From positions 64,001 through 128,000 of IMG/VR virus record IMGVR_UViG_3300042691_050360: a stretch of 64,000 bases of DNA. One strand, written 5' to 3'. The translations under genes were made by a program, and so were the position numbers. The stretch's first letter is position 1. Every line of letters starts with the position of its first letter. The notes beneath the pieces were generated by a model. It made no database searches, was not told the DNA's origin, and saw only the letters and a program-made list of their open reading frames with translations. Of the stretch, positions 9,286 through 18,892 are shown piece by piece. This stretch comes from a virus.

Positions 9286-10614
9286 ATGAGCTTTTCTGAT
9301 ATTCTAAATAGATTCGCCGAGAAAAAAGCACTCCAGGGTGATTCTGATTTCGCCTTTAGACTAATTTCCGCTTCTGAAAAAGAAGAAGAGAAAGAAGAGA
9401 AAGAGGCTGAAATGATTAAGCGGGGCAAGGATCGCAAAAAGGTGGCCAGTAAGGAAGTTTGGATTGAGGCTTATGAGGAGCTACTTATGCGGTTGATTCC
9501 AAAATTTATGGAGCGTGGGCTGGGAGAAGACGAGGCTGAGTTTGCTGCTGAACAATATCTTGAAAAGCATTCTCATTTAGTTGACGCAAGGGCCGGGGAT
9601 TTAGAGGGGATGGCTATTGACCGTGCCATGATGATGCATGGTGACACTTATGCCTCTACTTTATCTAATATGATTAAGAAATATGCAGGTAAGGATCGCA
9701 AAAAGGTGGCCTTCAGCGACGAATCTTGGCTGGATTCCTGGCTTGAGGCTCGTGAAAATCTTTACATGGTTCTGATTCCGAAATTTATGGAGTCAGGTCT
9801 GGGAAAAGATGAGGCCGGGATTGCCGCCGAACAATATCTTGAAGAGCATCCTAATTTAGTTAATGAAAAAGCTGCAATTTTAGAGGAGCGGGATAGTGAC
9901 CGTGCTGTGATGATGGGTGGGGACGCTTACGCCTCTACTTTATCTAATATGATTAAGAAATATGCAGGCGAATCTGAAAAAGGGAGCTACGAAGACGCGA
10001 TCAAGAATCTTCCTGGTTTCACTGGTATGTTTGGCAATGGATTTTGCTTTATGAATAAAGCTCAAGCTCAAAAAGCTTTGGCTATTGGAGAGCAAGCTGC
10101 TAATTTCTTAGATTGGGCAGTTGAGAAACATGATGATGGGTTCATGGCTATTTCTAGAGGTAGAGACAAAAAATCTTCCACGCTTGATTCAATGATTAAG
10201 AAATATGCTGGCGAAGACAAGGAAGATAAAAAAAAAACATCCCAAGAGCTTGAAATAGAAAGATACAATAGAGAGAGGGACAAATGGGACAGGATGAAGA
10301 AAAGATGGGATAAGTTTAAATCAGAAAATCCCCTTCACAAAAAATCTTCCACTCTTGTTTCAATGATTAAGAAATACGCTAAGGAAGATTGGGAAATTAC
10401 TGGTGAAGAATTTTATGGCGGTGAAACTCCTGATTTGGATTTCGAGGACGATAATCAATTCTATGACGCTATGGGTCGTGGATTTGAAGATGCAAAATAC
10501 ACTCCAGAATCGCAGTCAAATCCTTATAGCGGTAATGAAGAATTATCCGCCGCATACGAAGCTGGTGTAAGACACGCCCTTGAAATGCTCCAACAGAGAG
10601 GAACTAAACTTTAA
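9286..10614 (+). CDS. Repeat-containing putative virion internal protein
   Basis: Four STL.(N/S)MIKKYA units and a duplicated ~90 aa block. Confidence 0.65.
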   Translation: MSFSDILNRFAEKKALQGDSDFAFRLISASEKEEEKEEKEAEMIKRGKDRKKVASKEVWIEAYEELLMRLIPKFMERGLGEDEAEFAAEQYLEKHSHLVDARAGDLEGMAIDRAMMMHGDTYASTLSNMIKKYAGKDRKKVAFSDESWLDSWLEARENLYMVLIPKFMESGLGKDEAGIAAEQYLEEHPNLVNEKAAILEERDSDRAVMMGGDAYASTLSNMIKKYAGESEKGSYEDAIKNLPGFTGMFGNGFCFMNKAQAQKALAIGEQAANFLDWAVEKHDDGFMAISRGRDKKSSTLDSMIKKYAGEDKEDKKKTSQELEIERYNRERDKWDRMKKRWDKFKSENPLHKKSSTLVSMIKKYAKEDWEITGEEFYGGETPDLDFEDDNQFYDAMGRGFEDAKYTPESQSNPYSGNEELSAAYEAGVRHALEMLQQRGTKL

Positions 10615-10616
10615 TC

Positions 10617-11573
10617 ATGAATAAACTAGCACACAATCTGGCTTCTTTAGGGAAAGAGCTTTATTTAAATGGCTTTGAAAAAGAAGCAAAAACTATGCTT
10701 TTTACATCTTTGAGAATTGCACATATGGATCATCCTCTTCTTGAAGTAATTGAAGAAATGGGTTTTGAGCATGCAGATGATGAAAATGTGGGAGGGGGAC
10801 TGGAGATTTTCATTAATGTTCACCCTGATGGCAAAACGGAATATGAGCTGATGAAAGATGGGGATTCTCATGAGTTTGATTCTTTCGAGGAATTAGTGTC
10901 TCATCTTGCTGAAGATGATGAATCAGATTGTGGCTGTGGGTGTGGTGGAGCTTGTAAGGAGGCATCCTCTAGCATCTTTAGAAAAGCGGATTCATTAATG
11001 GATTCGCTAAAGAAAGATAAACTATCTGACCAATACATGGATTATGTTCGTGATTTTGGATACATACCTTATGAAGATTGGCTTGCGGAAAAAGATTATG
11101 CCAATATGGATCTGAGTGAAAAAAATCAAGAAGAGTGTGAGCATGAATCTACTTATGAAGATTGGAGCACTGCGGGCAGGAGTTTTGGGCCGATGATCGT
11201 TTGCTCAGACTGTGGAAAGGTGCTCAGAGCAAAAGACATAGATGACTATGAACGAGAAGAGAGTGAAAGAGAATTTTATCGAACAAGTGCAACAAAGAAA
11301 AAGAACAAACCTCTAAATAAGCCATTTCGAACTCCAGGTGGGCCAAAGAAGTTTTCAGTTTATGTCAAGAATGAAAGCGGTAATGTTGTAAAGGTTAACT
11401 TCGGTGACCCCAATATGTCTATCCGAAGGGATGAACCAGGTCGAAGAAAGAATTTTAGAGCTAGACATAATTGTGATAATCCGGGGCCGAAGACTAAAGC
11501 TCGCTACTGGTCATGTAAAATGTGGCAAAAAGGAAAATCTGTTTCTGAGATGACAAGGAGAAAGAAAAAGTAA
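10617..11573 (+). CDS. Acidic protein with a basic C-terminal domain common in phages
   Basis: C-terminal KPFRTPGGPKKFSVYVKN..GNVVKVNFGDP..RKNFRARHNC..ARYWSCKMW. Confidence 0.65.
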   Translation: MNKLAHNLASLGKELYLNGFEKEAKTMLFTSLRIAHMDHPLLEVIEEMGFEHADDENVGGGLEIFINVHPDGKTEYELMKDGDSHEFDSFEELVSHLAEDDESDCGCGCGGACKEASSSIFRKADSLMDSLKKDKLSDQYMDYVRDFGYIPYEDWLAEKDYANMDLSEKNQEECEHESTYEDWSTAGRSFGPMIVCSDCGKVLRAKDIDDYEREESEREFYRTSATKKKNKPLNKPFRTPGGPKKFSVYVKNESGNVVKVNFGDPNMSIRRDEPGRRKNFRARHNCDNPGPKTKARYWSCKMWQKGKSVSEMTRRKKK

Positions 11574-11574
11574 A

Positions 11575-11919
11575 ATGGGTATCTTTAAATCACCTAAATC
11601 GCGGTTTGTTTTTAGTCAGAACGCTGACGTAATTCAGGAAGAAGATGATTTTCTTGATAGGTACAAATTGATTAAGGTTGAAGAGGATTTTCTTAATAAA
11701 TACAAATTCGAAAAAGAGAGATTTTACAGACTTTTAGAAGAAGACTTAATAGCCCCTTACGAAAAAGATATTACTGAAAAAATTTTTCATGAGCTAGAAA
11801 ACCCAGGTTCGTTTCCAGAAATTGTACCCAGGATAGGCGACCCAAAAAAGAAAATGCTGGAAAAAATACATTTTACGAATCTTGTAGCCCTAAGCAAAAG
11901 ACAACATATTAAAGATTAA
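11575..11919 (+). CDS. Hypothetical protein
   Basis: 114 aa, start abuts the upstream stop. Confidence 0.55.
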   Translation: MGIFKSPKSRFVFSQNADVIQEEDDFLDRYKLIKVEEDFLNKYKFEKERFYRLLEEDLIAPYEKDITEKIFHELENPGSFPEIVPRIGDPKKKMLEKIHFTNLVALSKRQHIKD

Positions 11920-11974
11920 AAACAAGGATAAAATCGTAAACAGCAATTTTAATTGCCATGCCCCCAGGAAACAT

Positions 11975-13105
11975 ATGATTAAATTAAATGCAAACATCGG
12001 CGGTTTACGCCCCAATTTTACTGATAAAGAATACGCTGAATTTATCTCGAAGCTGGAAAACCTAGTACCCGGAAGCTCTGTTCGATTTGGCTCGATCTTT
12101 CACGAGATTTTCTGGAACCCAGAAGATCTGGGTAATTTTAAAGGGCTTGACAAGGTTCTAGAAATCTGCAGAGATAGACAGCTTCAACCTTTGATTTTAG
12201 TGATGCCTACGCCTCATCCAACATCTGGCTGGTACAAAACTGCTAAAAACAGAGACGGCTGGTGGTTGCCTAATGAAGAGTTGATTCCTAAACTAGCTGA
12301 GAAGACTGATGTTTTGGTTAAGCGAGTTCTCGCTAAGTGTAAAGAATTTAAGCTTGAGCCAACTTGGCAGCTGTGGAATGAGCCAGCGGGCAAAGCTTTT
12401 AGCACAGTTACAGGTCACAATCTTGGTAATAAACCAGGGGGGAGTTCTACATCGAAATATGGTGAATGGACGTTAACCCTGCATAAGCTTCTTTGGGAAA
12501 CAAGCCAAGTGTTAAGAAATAATAAGATACCCACCAGTAAAATAATGTCACCGGCTTTCTCTTGTATAGGGGATGGTAACATCCAAGAAGTAAGTGAGGT
12601 TCTCACCTGGATACCACCTAGCGAATATAATTGGCAAAAGAATTGTGGCGTGATAGCCTGCCATCTTTTTTTCAGAGCAGGTTGGGCACAGGATCCAAAA
12701 ACAAGAACAACGGAAGTAACAAATGGGTTTAACGCATCAATGAATTACTTTAAATATTTTGTTGCTAATTTAAGACTTCCTAAGTCTAAGAAAATTGTTA
12801 TTACAGAGTTTTATGTGACACCAGGGATGTGCGGCGTGTTAACTACAGCTAACCCTGAACAGCTTGATCCTTTTAGAACAATTGCATTCGATTTGCTGGC
12901 TAAAGAAAAAATCACCAGTTTTGTTTATGGAATTGGCGACGAAAATGATTCTCCTGGCACTTATTGGCTTGCATACGGCGGATGGAGTCAATGGTTGAAG
13001 AAGAAGAATGCGGCTATTTCGGGCGGATTTAATTCATCTCCTGCTACTGGTGGATTTAATTCATCTCCCGCCACTGGTGGTATCAGCACTTCGCCTGTTA
13101 AGTGA
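11975..13105 (+). CDS. Putative clan GH-A glycoside hydrolase (TIM barrel)
   Basis: WQLWNEP (acid/base) and IVITEF (nucleophile) motifs; C-terminal GGFNSSPAT repeat. Confidence 0.65.
   Translation: MIKLNANIGGLRPNFTDKEYAEFISKLENLVPGSSVRFGSIFHEIFWNPEDLGNFKGLDKVLEICRDRQLQPLILVMPTPHPTSGWYKTAKNRDGWWLPNEELIPKLAEKTDVLVKRVLAKCKEFKLEPTWQLWNEPAGKAFSTVTGHNLGNKPGGSSTSKYGEWTLTLHKLLWETSQVLRNNKIPTSKIMSPAFSCIGDGNIQEVSEVLTWIPPSEYNWQKNCGVIACHLFFRAGWAQDPKTRTTEVTNGFNASMNYFKYFVANLRLPKSKKIVITEFYVTPGMCGVLTTANPEQLDPFRTIAFDLLAKEKITSFVYGIGDENDSPGTYWLAYGGWSQWLKKKNAAISGGFNSSPATGGFNSSPATGGISTSPVK
13022..13080 (+). repeat. 27-bp tandem repeat (about 2 copies) encoding GGFNSSPAT
   Basis: ggcggatttaattcatctcctgctact / ggtggatttaattcatctcccgccact. 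Confidence 0.85.
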
Positions 13106-13107
13106 AC

Positions 13108-13150
13108 TTTCCAATCATGAATTAATGTACAATTAATTCATGATTGGAAA
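13108..13150. promoter_or_regulatory. Perfect 19-bp inverted repeat covering the rmlA start codon
   Basis: tttccaatcatgaattaat-gtaca-attaattcatgattggaaa. Confidence 0.75.
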
Positions 13151-14006
13151 AGGAATTATACTTGCTGGCGGAACTGGTTCTAGATTATATCCAGCCACAC
13201 AATCTGTCAGCAAGCAACTTCTCCCCGTATACGACAAGCCGATGGTTTATTATCCTTTGTCTATTTTGATGAGGGCGGGAATTCGTGATGTTTTAATAAT
13301 CACCACACCGCATGAGCAGAGCTTGTTTCGCAATCTTCTAAAGGATGGTTCTCAATGGGGAATGAGCATTTCATATGAAGTTCAGGCTTCTCCAAATGGT
13401 TTAGCTCAGGCCTTTCTGATTGGAGAGAGATTTATCAATTCCGAGCCTGTGGCTTTGATTCTAGGCGACAATATCTTCTACGGTGGCAATCTGATGAGCG
13501 AGTGTGAGAAGGCTGTAGAAAGAGATTGTGCTACTGTGTTTGCATATCGTGTGAATGAGCCCGAGCATTATGGAGTGGTTGAGCTCGATAAAAAGAATAT
13601 TCCTTTGAGTATCGTAGAGAAGCCGAGCGATCCTAAATCAAATTATGCTGTTACGGGCTTGTACTTCTACGATTCAGATGTTGTTGAAATTGCTAAGAGC
13701 GTGAAACCATCTGAAAGAGGGGAGCTAGAGATTACATCTGTCAATAATGAATATTTAAATCGAGGGAGGTTGGCTGTAGCAAAATTGTCACGGGGATGCA
13801 CTTGGTTTGATGCGGGTACTTTCGACAATTTGCTTGAAGTAAGTAATTATATTGCATCAATTCAAAACAGGCAAGGATTAATTATTGCAAGCCCAGATGA
13901 AATTGCTTTTAGAAACAATTGGATTACACAATCTGAGCTAGATGATTTGATAAATTCTTATGGTAAAAGCTTATATTCTAAGCAATTAAGATTGAGTTTA
14001 GATTGA
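13140..14006 (+). CDS. rfbA: Glucose-1-phosphate thymidylyltransferase
   Basis: KGIILAGGTGSRLYP..SKQLLPVYDKPMVYYPLS, LGDNIFYG, RGELEIT, WFDAGT. Confidence 0.97.
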   Translation: MIGKGIILAGGTGSRLYPATQSVSKQLLPVYDKPMVYYPLSILMRAGIRDVLIITTPHEQSLFRNLLKDGSQWGMSISYEVQASPNGLAQAFLIGERFINSEPVALILGDNIFYGGNLMSECEKAVERDCATVFAYRVNEPEHYGVVELDKKNIPLSIVEKPSDPKSNYAVTGLYFYDSDVVEIAKSVKPSERGELEITSVNNEYLNRGRLAVAKLSRGCTWFDAGTFDNLLEVSNYIASIQNRQGLIIASPDEIAFRNNWITQSELDDLINSYGKSLYSKQLRLSLD

Positions 14007-14008
14007 GT

Positions 14009-14326
14009 TTAGAGAATTTTATCAGCAAGAGCGGCAGCTTTTGCAAAAGCCGCGAGCATACCCGAGCGATAATCATCTGAGTCTGAGTCGCTTAATTCAA
14101 CACTATTGCTATATTCATTCAATGCTTCGATGAATTTCTGCTTTTGAGTAATTGGTTTAAAGCTTTCACGACCTCGTTTATCAACATTAGTTTCCCACGA
14201 TCTATTTATGTCATCTCTCAATGCTGCATCTTCCATGCCTGGATCGGGGTTGTTATAATCATCAAGCCCCTGGCTGATCACCGAGCGGACGATTGGCGTA
14301 ACAGACGCTTTCTTAAAGATTGACAT
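14009..14326 (-). CDS. Small acidic protein, paralog of 14363..14638
   Basis: Shared N-terminus MSIFKKASV.PIV..VISQGL.DY. Confidence 0.7.
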   Translation of the reverse strand: MSIFKKASVTPIVRSVISQGLDDYNNPDPGMEDAALRDDINRSWETNVDKRGRESFKPITQKQKFIEALNEYSNSVELSDSDSDDYRSGMLAAFAKAAALADKIL

Positions 14327-14676
14327 AGTATTTATTTCTTTTTAGATTGTGCTGGTTCCTTGTTAAAGCCAATTTAATGCTCTGAGTTGATCTCTGATTT
14401 GTTCGTAGTCAAATCCGTCAAAATAAAACTTGGCGACTAATAGTGCCTGGCGATCATTACCCGATTTGTAAAGATTTTTAAACATCTGTGATACTTTATC
14501 TTCTCCACTATTAAATAAACCATCTCGATCTTCAATATCATCGTTTAATTGATCTTCTTCCGGCGAATAATCCTCCAAACCTTGACTAATAACAGTCTTA
14601 ACGATAGGCATAACAGACGCTTTCTTAAAGATTGACATAGTATTTATTTCTTTTTAGATTGTGCTGGTTCCTTGTT
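14299..14676. repeat. 66-bp exact direct repeat (14299-14364 and 14611-14676)
   Basis: taacagacgctttcttaaagattgacatagtatttatttctttttagattgtgctggttccttgtt occurs twice. Confidence 0.9.
14363..14638 (-). CDS. Small acidic protein, paralog of 14009..14326
   Basis: Shared N-terminus and identical upstream region. Confidence 0.7.
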   Translation of the reverse strand: MSIFKKASVMPIVKTVISQGLEDYSPEEDQLNDDIEDRDGLFNSGEDKVSQMFKNLYKSGNDRQALLVAKFYFDGFDYEQIRDQLRALNWL

Positions 14677-15090
14677 CATGCTCACAGAGATCCCAACAAC
14701 TTGGTGGTAGTTTTTTCGCCCGATCTTTACCAGTGTAAAAACACAATCTGGATAAACAATGTCAAAGCCATTATCATTGAAGAAATATTTTTGTGGATTC
14801 CCAAAGTTTTTAATTACTGATTTAAAATCAGACATAAGTCCCACATTTCTGTACTTCACAGATTTGTTTAAACCATAGGCTTGCAGTGTTACAACTTTGC
14901 TATTTTTATCACTGATTGCTGTGAGTAGATATGATTCTCTGGAATAAGTAAAGGACTGAATTCTTTTGTCATCAGATTGATCTAATGTGATTGGGTTTCC
15001 AAATCTATTAGTGACATCGAGAATGGAGATATTCGGGCCGAATCCAAGGAAGCCGGGGAATGCAGATAGTGTTAGGAGAATTGATAGCAT
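14644..15090 (-). CDS. Putative exported protein
   Basis: Hydrophobic N-terminus; two (R/N)FGNP half-repeats. Confidence 0.55.
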   Translation of the reverse strand: MLSILLTLSAFPGFLGFGPNISILDVTNRFGNPITLDQSDDKRIQSFTYSRESYLLTAISDKNSKVVTLQAYGLNKSVKYRNVGLMSDFKSVIKNFGNPQKYFFNDNGFDIVYPDCVFTLVKIGRKNYHQVVGISVSMNKEPAQSKKK

Positions 15091-15124
15091 AAATATATAT
15101 ACGAAAGATGTATAAACTAATTGT

Positions 15125-15364
15125 ATGGCACTTGATAGATGGAGTATGGCGAATATAGCTCAAGAAGAAGCGGCCAAGGCTCTTCAGCAATATAAAATTG
15201 ATGACAGAATCAAAGCGGCTATTGAAGCAGAGCTTCAAACAAAAATAAAACAGGAAATAGATTCTCAATTCGCGGACATGAAAACCGCAGTGAAGATCAT
15301 GAACGAGCAAATTATTATTTTAAAAGATGCAGTGGAAATACTCAGTAAAAAATACAATAAGTAA
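15125..15364 (+). CDS. Small coiled-coil protein
   Basis: 79 aa, A/E/K/Q-rich helical pattern. Confidence 0.55.
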   Translation: MALDRWSMANIAQEEAAKALQQYKIDDRIKAAIEAELQTKIKQEIDSQFADMKTAVKIMNEQIIILKDAVEILSKKYNK

Positions 15365-15812
15365 AATCATTTTTTCAAGCCCGATTGCATTCTTTCTTGG
15401 CGTGGGTGTGTTTGTTGCCACTGACGTTTTGCAGCCGAGCTATTTCAAGAATATCCCCGCTTATTTTCCTTATTTTATAGCCGCGATGGTAGTGGGCTAC
15501 CTGGCTGTATTCCTCGCATCTTCTTATATATCCACAACAAAATCTAAACCAAGAGCTATATTTTTTATGCTTTTATTCATGGCTATGGAAGGGTTGTTCT
15601 CTGTTTTAGCGGTTTCCACTTATTATGGAAGTCAGGAAATACCAATTTTGAGAATAGTTTCAGGGCTGTGTTTACCCTTGGTGTTTAGCTTGTTCTATTT
15701 TTTGAAAATCATAGAAGCCGAGCCGGTTGTAAAAAATGTAAAAGAATTAATAGATGAAGCAGATCTTTTTAAAAACTTTGATGAGCTTGAGCTTAGCAAG
15801 CCTGATTTCTAG
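15327..15812 (+). CDS. Membrane protein (about 4 TM helices)
   Basis: Four hydrophobic segments; start codon uncertain. Confidence 0.6.
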   Translation: MQWKYSVKNTISKIIFSSPIAFFLGVGVFVATDVLQPSYFKNIPAYFPYFIAAMVVGYLAVFLASSYISTTKSKPRAIFFMLLFMAMEGLFSVLAVSTYYGSQEIPILRIVSGLCLPLVFSLFYFLKIIEAEPVVKNVKELIDEADLFKNFDELELSKPDF

Positions 15813-16293
15813 TTGTGCGAATAAACCGATTGAAAGTAAATTAATTTTAATTGATATATCTGGCTCTAATGCGGTTAATATCACAAAAACCTTAAGTAAA
15901 GTAAATGATATTTACATGGAGAGTGGGCCAGGTGATATCTTTGAAATTTATTTCTTTTCGAGTGTGAAATACCTAGCGTACAATGGTGCTAAGTTCAATA
16001 AAGACCGCGATTTTTTACCATTCATTCAGAAGGGCTATGAAAAGACAAAAGAGATTAAAGTAAAAGAAGGCACTTCTTTTGATATTTGTAAATCAATTCT
16101 GGAAAAAACAAATGGCTATACATCAGCTTACATTCTGACAGATGGGTTTTTCGAAGATTCAAAAATCACAAAAATCAACACACCACAAAATCTGAAAATA
16201 AATATTGTTGGACTCAATATACAAAACAATGAGATTGTGTTAAATGCTTTTAAAGATCCTGGACAAGTGACGATAGATTTTCAAGGTGATTAA
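15754..16293 (+). CDS. Putative lipoprotein with vWA-like domain
   Basis: Signal with lipobox-like ISSC; LILIDISGS (DxSxS MIDAS) and YILTDG. Confidence 0.6.
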   Translation: MKQIFLKTLMSLSLASLISSCANKPIESKLILIDISGSNAVNITKTLSKVNDIYMESGPGDIFEIYFFSSVKYLAYNGAKFNKDRDFLPFIQKGYEKTKEIKVKEGTSFDICKSILEKTNGYTSAYILTDGFFEDSKITKINTPQNLKINIVGLNIQNNEIVLNAFKDPGQVTIDFQGD

Positions 16294-16317
16294 TTATAAT
16301 CTTAAGAAAATAAAGAT

Positions 16318-16851
16318 ATGATTGATCTTTATTTGTTCGAAATTAAATGTGCTGAAGAAATTGGGGATTATAGGCTGGCAGATTCTTTAGATAGCAAATT
16401 AATGCGAATCGCTTCTTCTAATCACAGAGAGATACAGAAGAAGATTACAAGAAAAGTTGAATCAGATTCAGCAATTAAAGATGTTTCATTTTCAAATTCG
16501 AGGCAGAAATTCATCGTATCAGCGGATCAATCTTTGAGTAATTTCACAAAGAGAGAAATTCAATCTTTGGCGGGGCCATATCCTGTGTCCTTCCGATACA
16601 GCAATAAAACAATCGACGAGCTTATGTCGGGTGAATCGGAAGACCCCATGCAAAGGCATTTAAATGAGCTTGAACAGCTGGGTCCAGATTATGTAGGTTT
16701 GGACTCACTTGATGACATGGAGCCGTCAGATGAGGATCTGAGGTTCACTGCGGAGCATCCTGAAAATGAGTTTAACGAAGACCCGGAAGACATAGACGCA
16801 TTCTTGCTGGAATTCGCCCGAGATAATATGCGAACACAGCCTGGATATTAG
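16318..16851 (+). CDS. Putative virion-associated protein with G.Y..AD...L.R.A N-terminal module
   Basis: AEEIGDYRLADSLDSKLMRIAS; AAGG-N19-GAAA-N8-ATG upstream. Confidence 0.55.
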   Translation: MIDLYLFEIKCAEEIGDYRLADSLDSKLMRIASSNHREIQKKITRKVESDSAIKDVSFSNSRQKFIVSADQSLSNFTKREIQSLAGPYPVSFRYSNKTIDELMSGESEDPMQRHLNELEQLGPDYVGLDSLDDMEPSDEDLRFTAEHPENEFNEDPEDIDAFLLEFARDNMRTQPGY

Positions 16852-17126
16852 ATTTCTCTATTGAAGAAATCTGCTTCAAACGGTGGGGCATCAAGATTTA
16901 ATTTTGATTCCAGTTCATGTATTTTGTAGAATTTCACTTTGTGTGTTGCGAGTAATGGAGTGTATGTTGCTAAGTTGATCAGTAACTCGTGATATTTTTC
17001 GCCTATAATTTTAACTATAAGAAGAAGCTCTTCGTTTGTGTATTTTCTATCTGTTAGCTTAGAAAGAAATTTGTCAAGAGCTGCCGCTTGAGATAAATAA
17101 AGTTTGGCTACTTCGTTTGGCTCCAT
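16848..17126 (-). CDS. Hypothetical protein
   Basis: 92 aa ORF. Confidence 0.55.
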   Translation of the reverse strand: MEPNEVAKLYLSQAAALDKFLSKLTDRKYTNEELLLIVKIIGEKYHELLINLATYTPLLATHKVKFYKIHELESKLNLDAPPFEADFFNREI

Positions 17127-17139
17127 ATTATATTGTTAT

Positions 17140-17670
17140 TCATTCATTATTGTTGACCTTTTTCCTTAAAAGACCTAAAGCAAGTTGAATTTTTTCATAT
17201 TTCTTGATTTCCATGTTTTCAAAATCTGATAAACTTAATTGAACTTCGCCATTAAAAATATGTTTTGCTAGTAGTAATTCATAAGGTAGTTTTTGATCCC
17301 CGTTTTCACTATCAAGAAAGACTTCACATTCTAGATTGAAGTTTTCTATTTCTGTTTCGCTCATGCAGAATGAACTTTTTAAAGCATCATAAACACCCTT
17401 GATTAAATTAAATGAAATTGGGTCGTTTTTTGACTTTGAGCTATAAACCACTTTATTGTTTTTCATCAATGTAAAGTTTACACAATCAATCATTTTCCGC
17501 ATCTCGACAAAAGATGAGTAACCTTCTTCATTGAATGAGCCATAGTCTAACTCTGCCGCTTTCGCCACAGATATAGGTTCATGAATTAGTTCATGATATT
17601 CGCACTGAATCTCTAGGGTCAACCGGTTTTTCTTGGGGTTTGACATATATTTCTCCTGTGGGTTCGCCAA
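17140..17670 (-). CDS. Hypothetical protein, possible tail assembly chaperone
   Basis: Follows a tube-like gene; start may be the internal MSNPKK. Confidence 0.4.
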   Translation of the reverse strand: MANPQEKYMSNPKKNRLTLEIQCEYHELIHEPISVAKAAELDYGSFNEEGYSSFVEMRKMIDCVNFTLMKNNKVVYSSKSKNDPISFNLIKGVYDALKSSFCMSETEIENFNLECEVFLDSENGDQKLPYELLLAKHIFNGEVQLSLSDFENMEIKKYEKIQLALGLLRKKVNNNE

Positions 17671-18892
17671 ATAGACCGTCTAGATGAACATTGAATTCAT
17701 TCTGTTTATAATACTCCTGGTATGCCGATTCTTGGAGAAGTGCTGTGAAATTAACTTTGTGAATATACGATGATTTTTCTGCTGAAACTTCAAGACTAAA
17801 AACTTGGAAACTCACATTCTCCATAGGGAAATAAAAAGGGCCGCCGAAGTACATCACCAAAGTTTTATTCACGCCTGTGTCAAAATATTTTTGAAGATTC
17901 TGCGAAGCAATGAATTCGATACTTCCCGATACAGATCTGCTTTTTAGGGAGATGTATCTCATCCCATCTATGATATTTTTATTAACGCCGTCGTTTGCTG
18001 TGTATTTTTCTTCAAGTTTATTATCCACGCTGAGAGACATGCTGTATATATTATTTCCTTGTACTGCTATAGATCTTGCAAGAGGGCTGTATGCGGCATA
18101 AAAAGAACTAATACCCAAACTTTCCACTGAGTTATTAGATTCACTGTTTTCCTTGAATTGAGTTTGTCCGAGGAGGAGAAGACAATCATATGTTTTCGCC
18201 ACTCTGTAAACAGATCTAAAGCTTGAAAAGCTTGAGTTAATTCCCACACTTGTGGCCGCTACGTCGCTTGTGTCGTAGTATTTTTTGAAATCTATCCAGT
18301 TTTTATTTTCGTAGAGATTTTTTGGAAAAGCATATGCTGATCCGCCTACAAAATCCAAATCTATAGAAACAGAATCCGAAGCACTAATGCTGAATTTCTT
18401 AACAAAAAGCGGAGCTCCAATATTCTGAGGGTAAACATCGGTGCTTAAAAAAAATGGAACGAACCAATATACAGCAAGCCTCCAAATTTGTTGTAAGAAT
18501 TTTGAATTTGGTTGATCGGTGCTATACGGCAAAATAACAGGCAGAGTAATTTTGCCTTCCGTTTTTAAGGCATTGTTTTGAGGGCTAGAAATAAACTTAG
18601 ACCAGGTGTATGTATCAACAGCTTCAAAAAACTTGATATCATTTATATTTAATGAATTTACTAATCCAAAATTATAACTAGACTCATCTTTGGCGATTTC
18701 TGATAAGGTGCCCTGAAGCGATTCATTAAAAAAATCAAATGAAGGTGTGAATTTTTTAACTGTATTTGCCGGAATGGTTGCTCTATAAACATTAATGAAC
18801 GGCATATACTCGAAATTTTCGTTATAAAATGTTTGATTATTGTACAGAGCGATTGCTACTCTTTTAAGAGATGATGGGTTGAACAGAATCAA
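17591..18892 (-). CDS. Tail-tube-like structural protein
   Basis: SMSLSVDNKLE...SRSVSGSIEF motif shared with 19244..20494. Confidence 0.45.
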   Translation of the reverse strand: MILFNPSSLKRVAIALYNNQTFYNENFEYMPFINVYRATIPANTVKKFTPSFDFFNESLQGTLSEIAKDESSYNFGLVNSLNINDIKFFEAVDTYTWSKFISSPQNNALKTEGKITLPVILPYSTDQPNSKFLQQIWRLAVYWFVPFFLSTDVYPQNIGAPLFVKKFSISASDSVSIDLDFVGGSAYAFPKNLYENKNWIDFKKYYDTSDVAATSVGINSSFSSFRSVYRVAKTYDCLLLLGQTQFKENSESNNSVESLGISSFYAAYSPLARSIAVQGNNIYSMSLSVDNKLEEKYTANDGVNKNIIDGMRYISLKSRSVSGSIEFIASQNLQKYFDTGVNKTLVMYFGGPFYFPMENVSFQVFSLEVSAEKSSYIHKVNFTALLQESAYQEYYKQNEFNVHLDGLFGEPTGEIYVKPQEKPVDPRDSVRIS

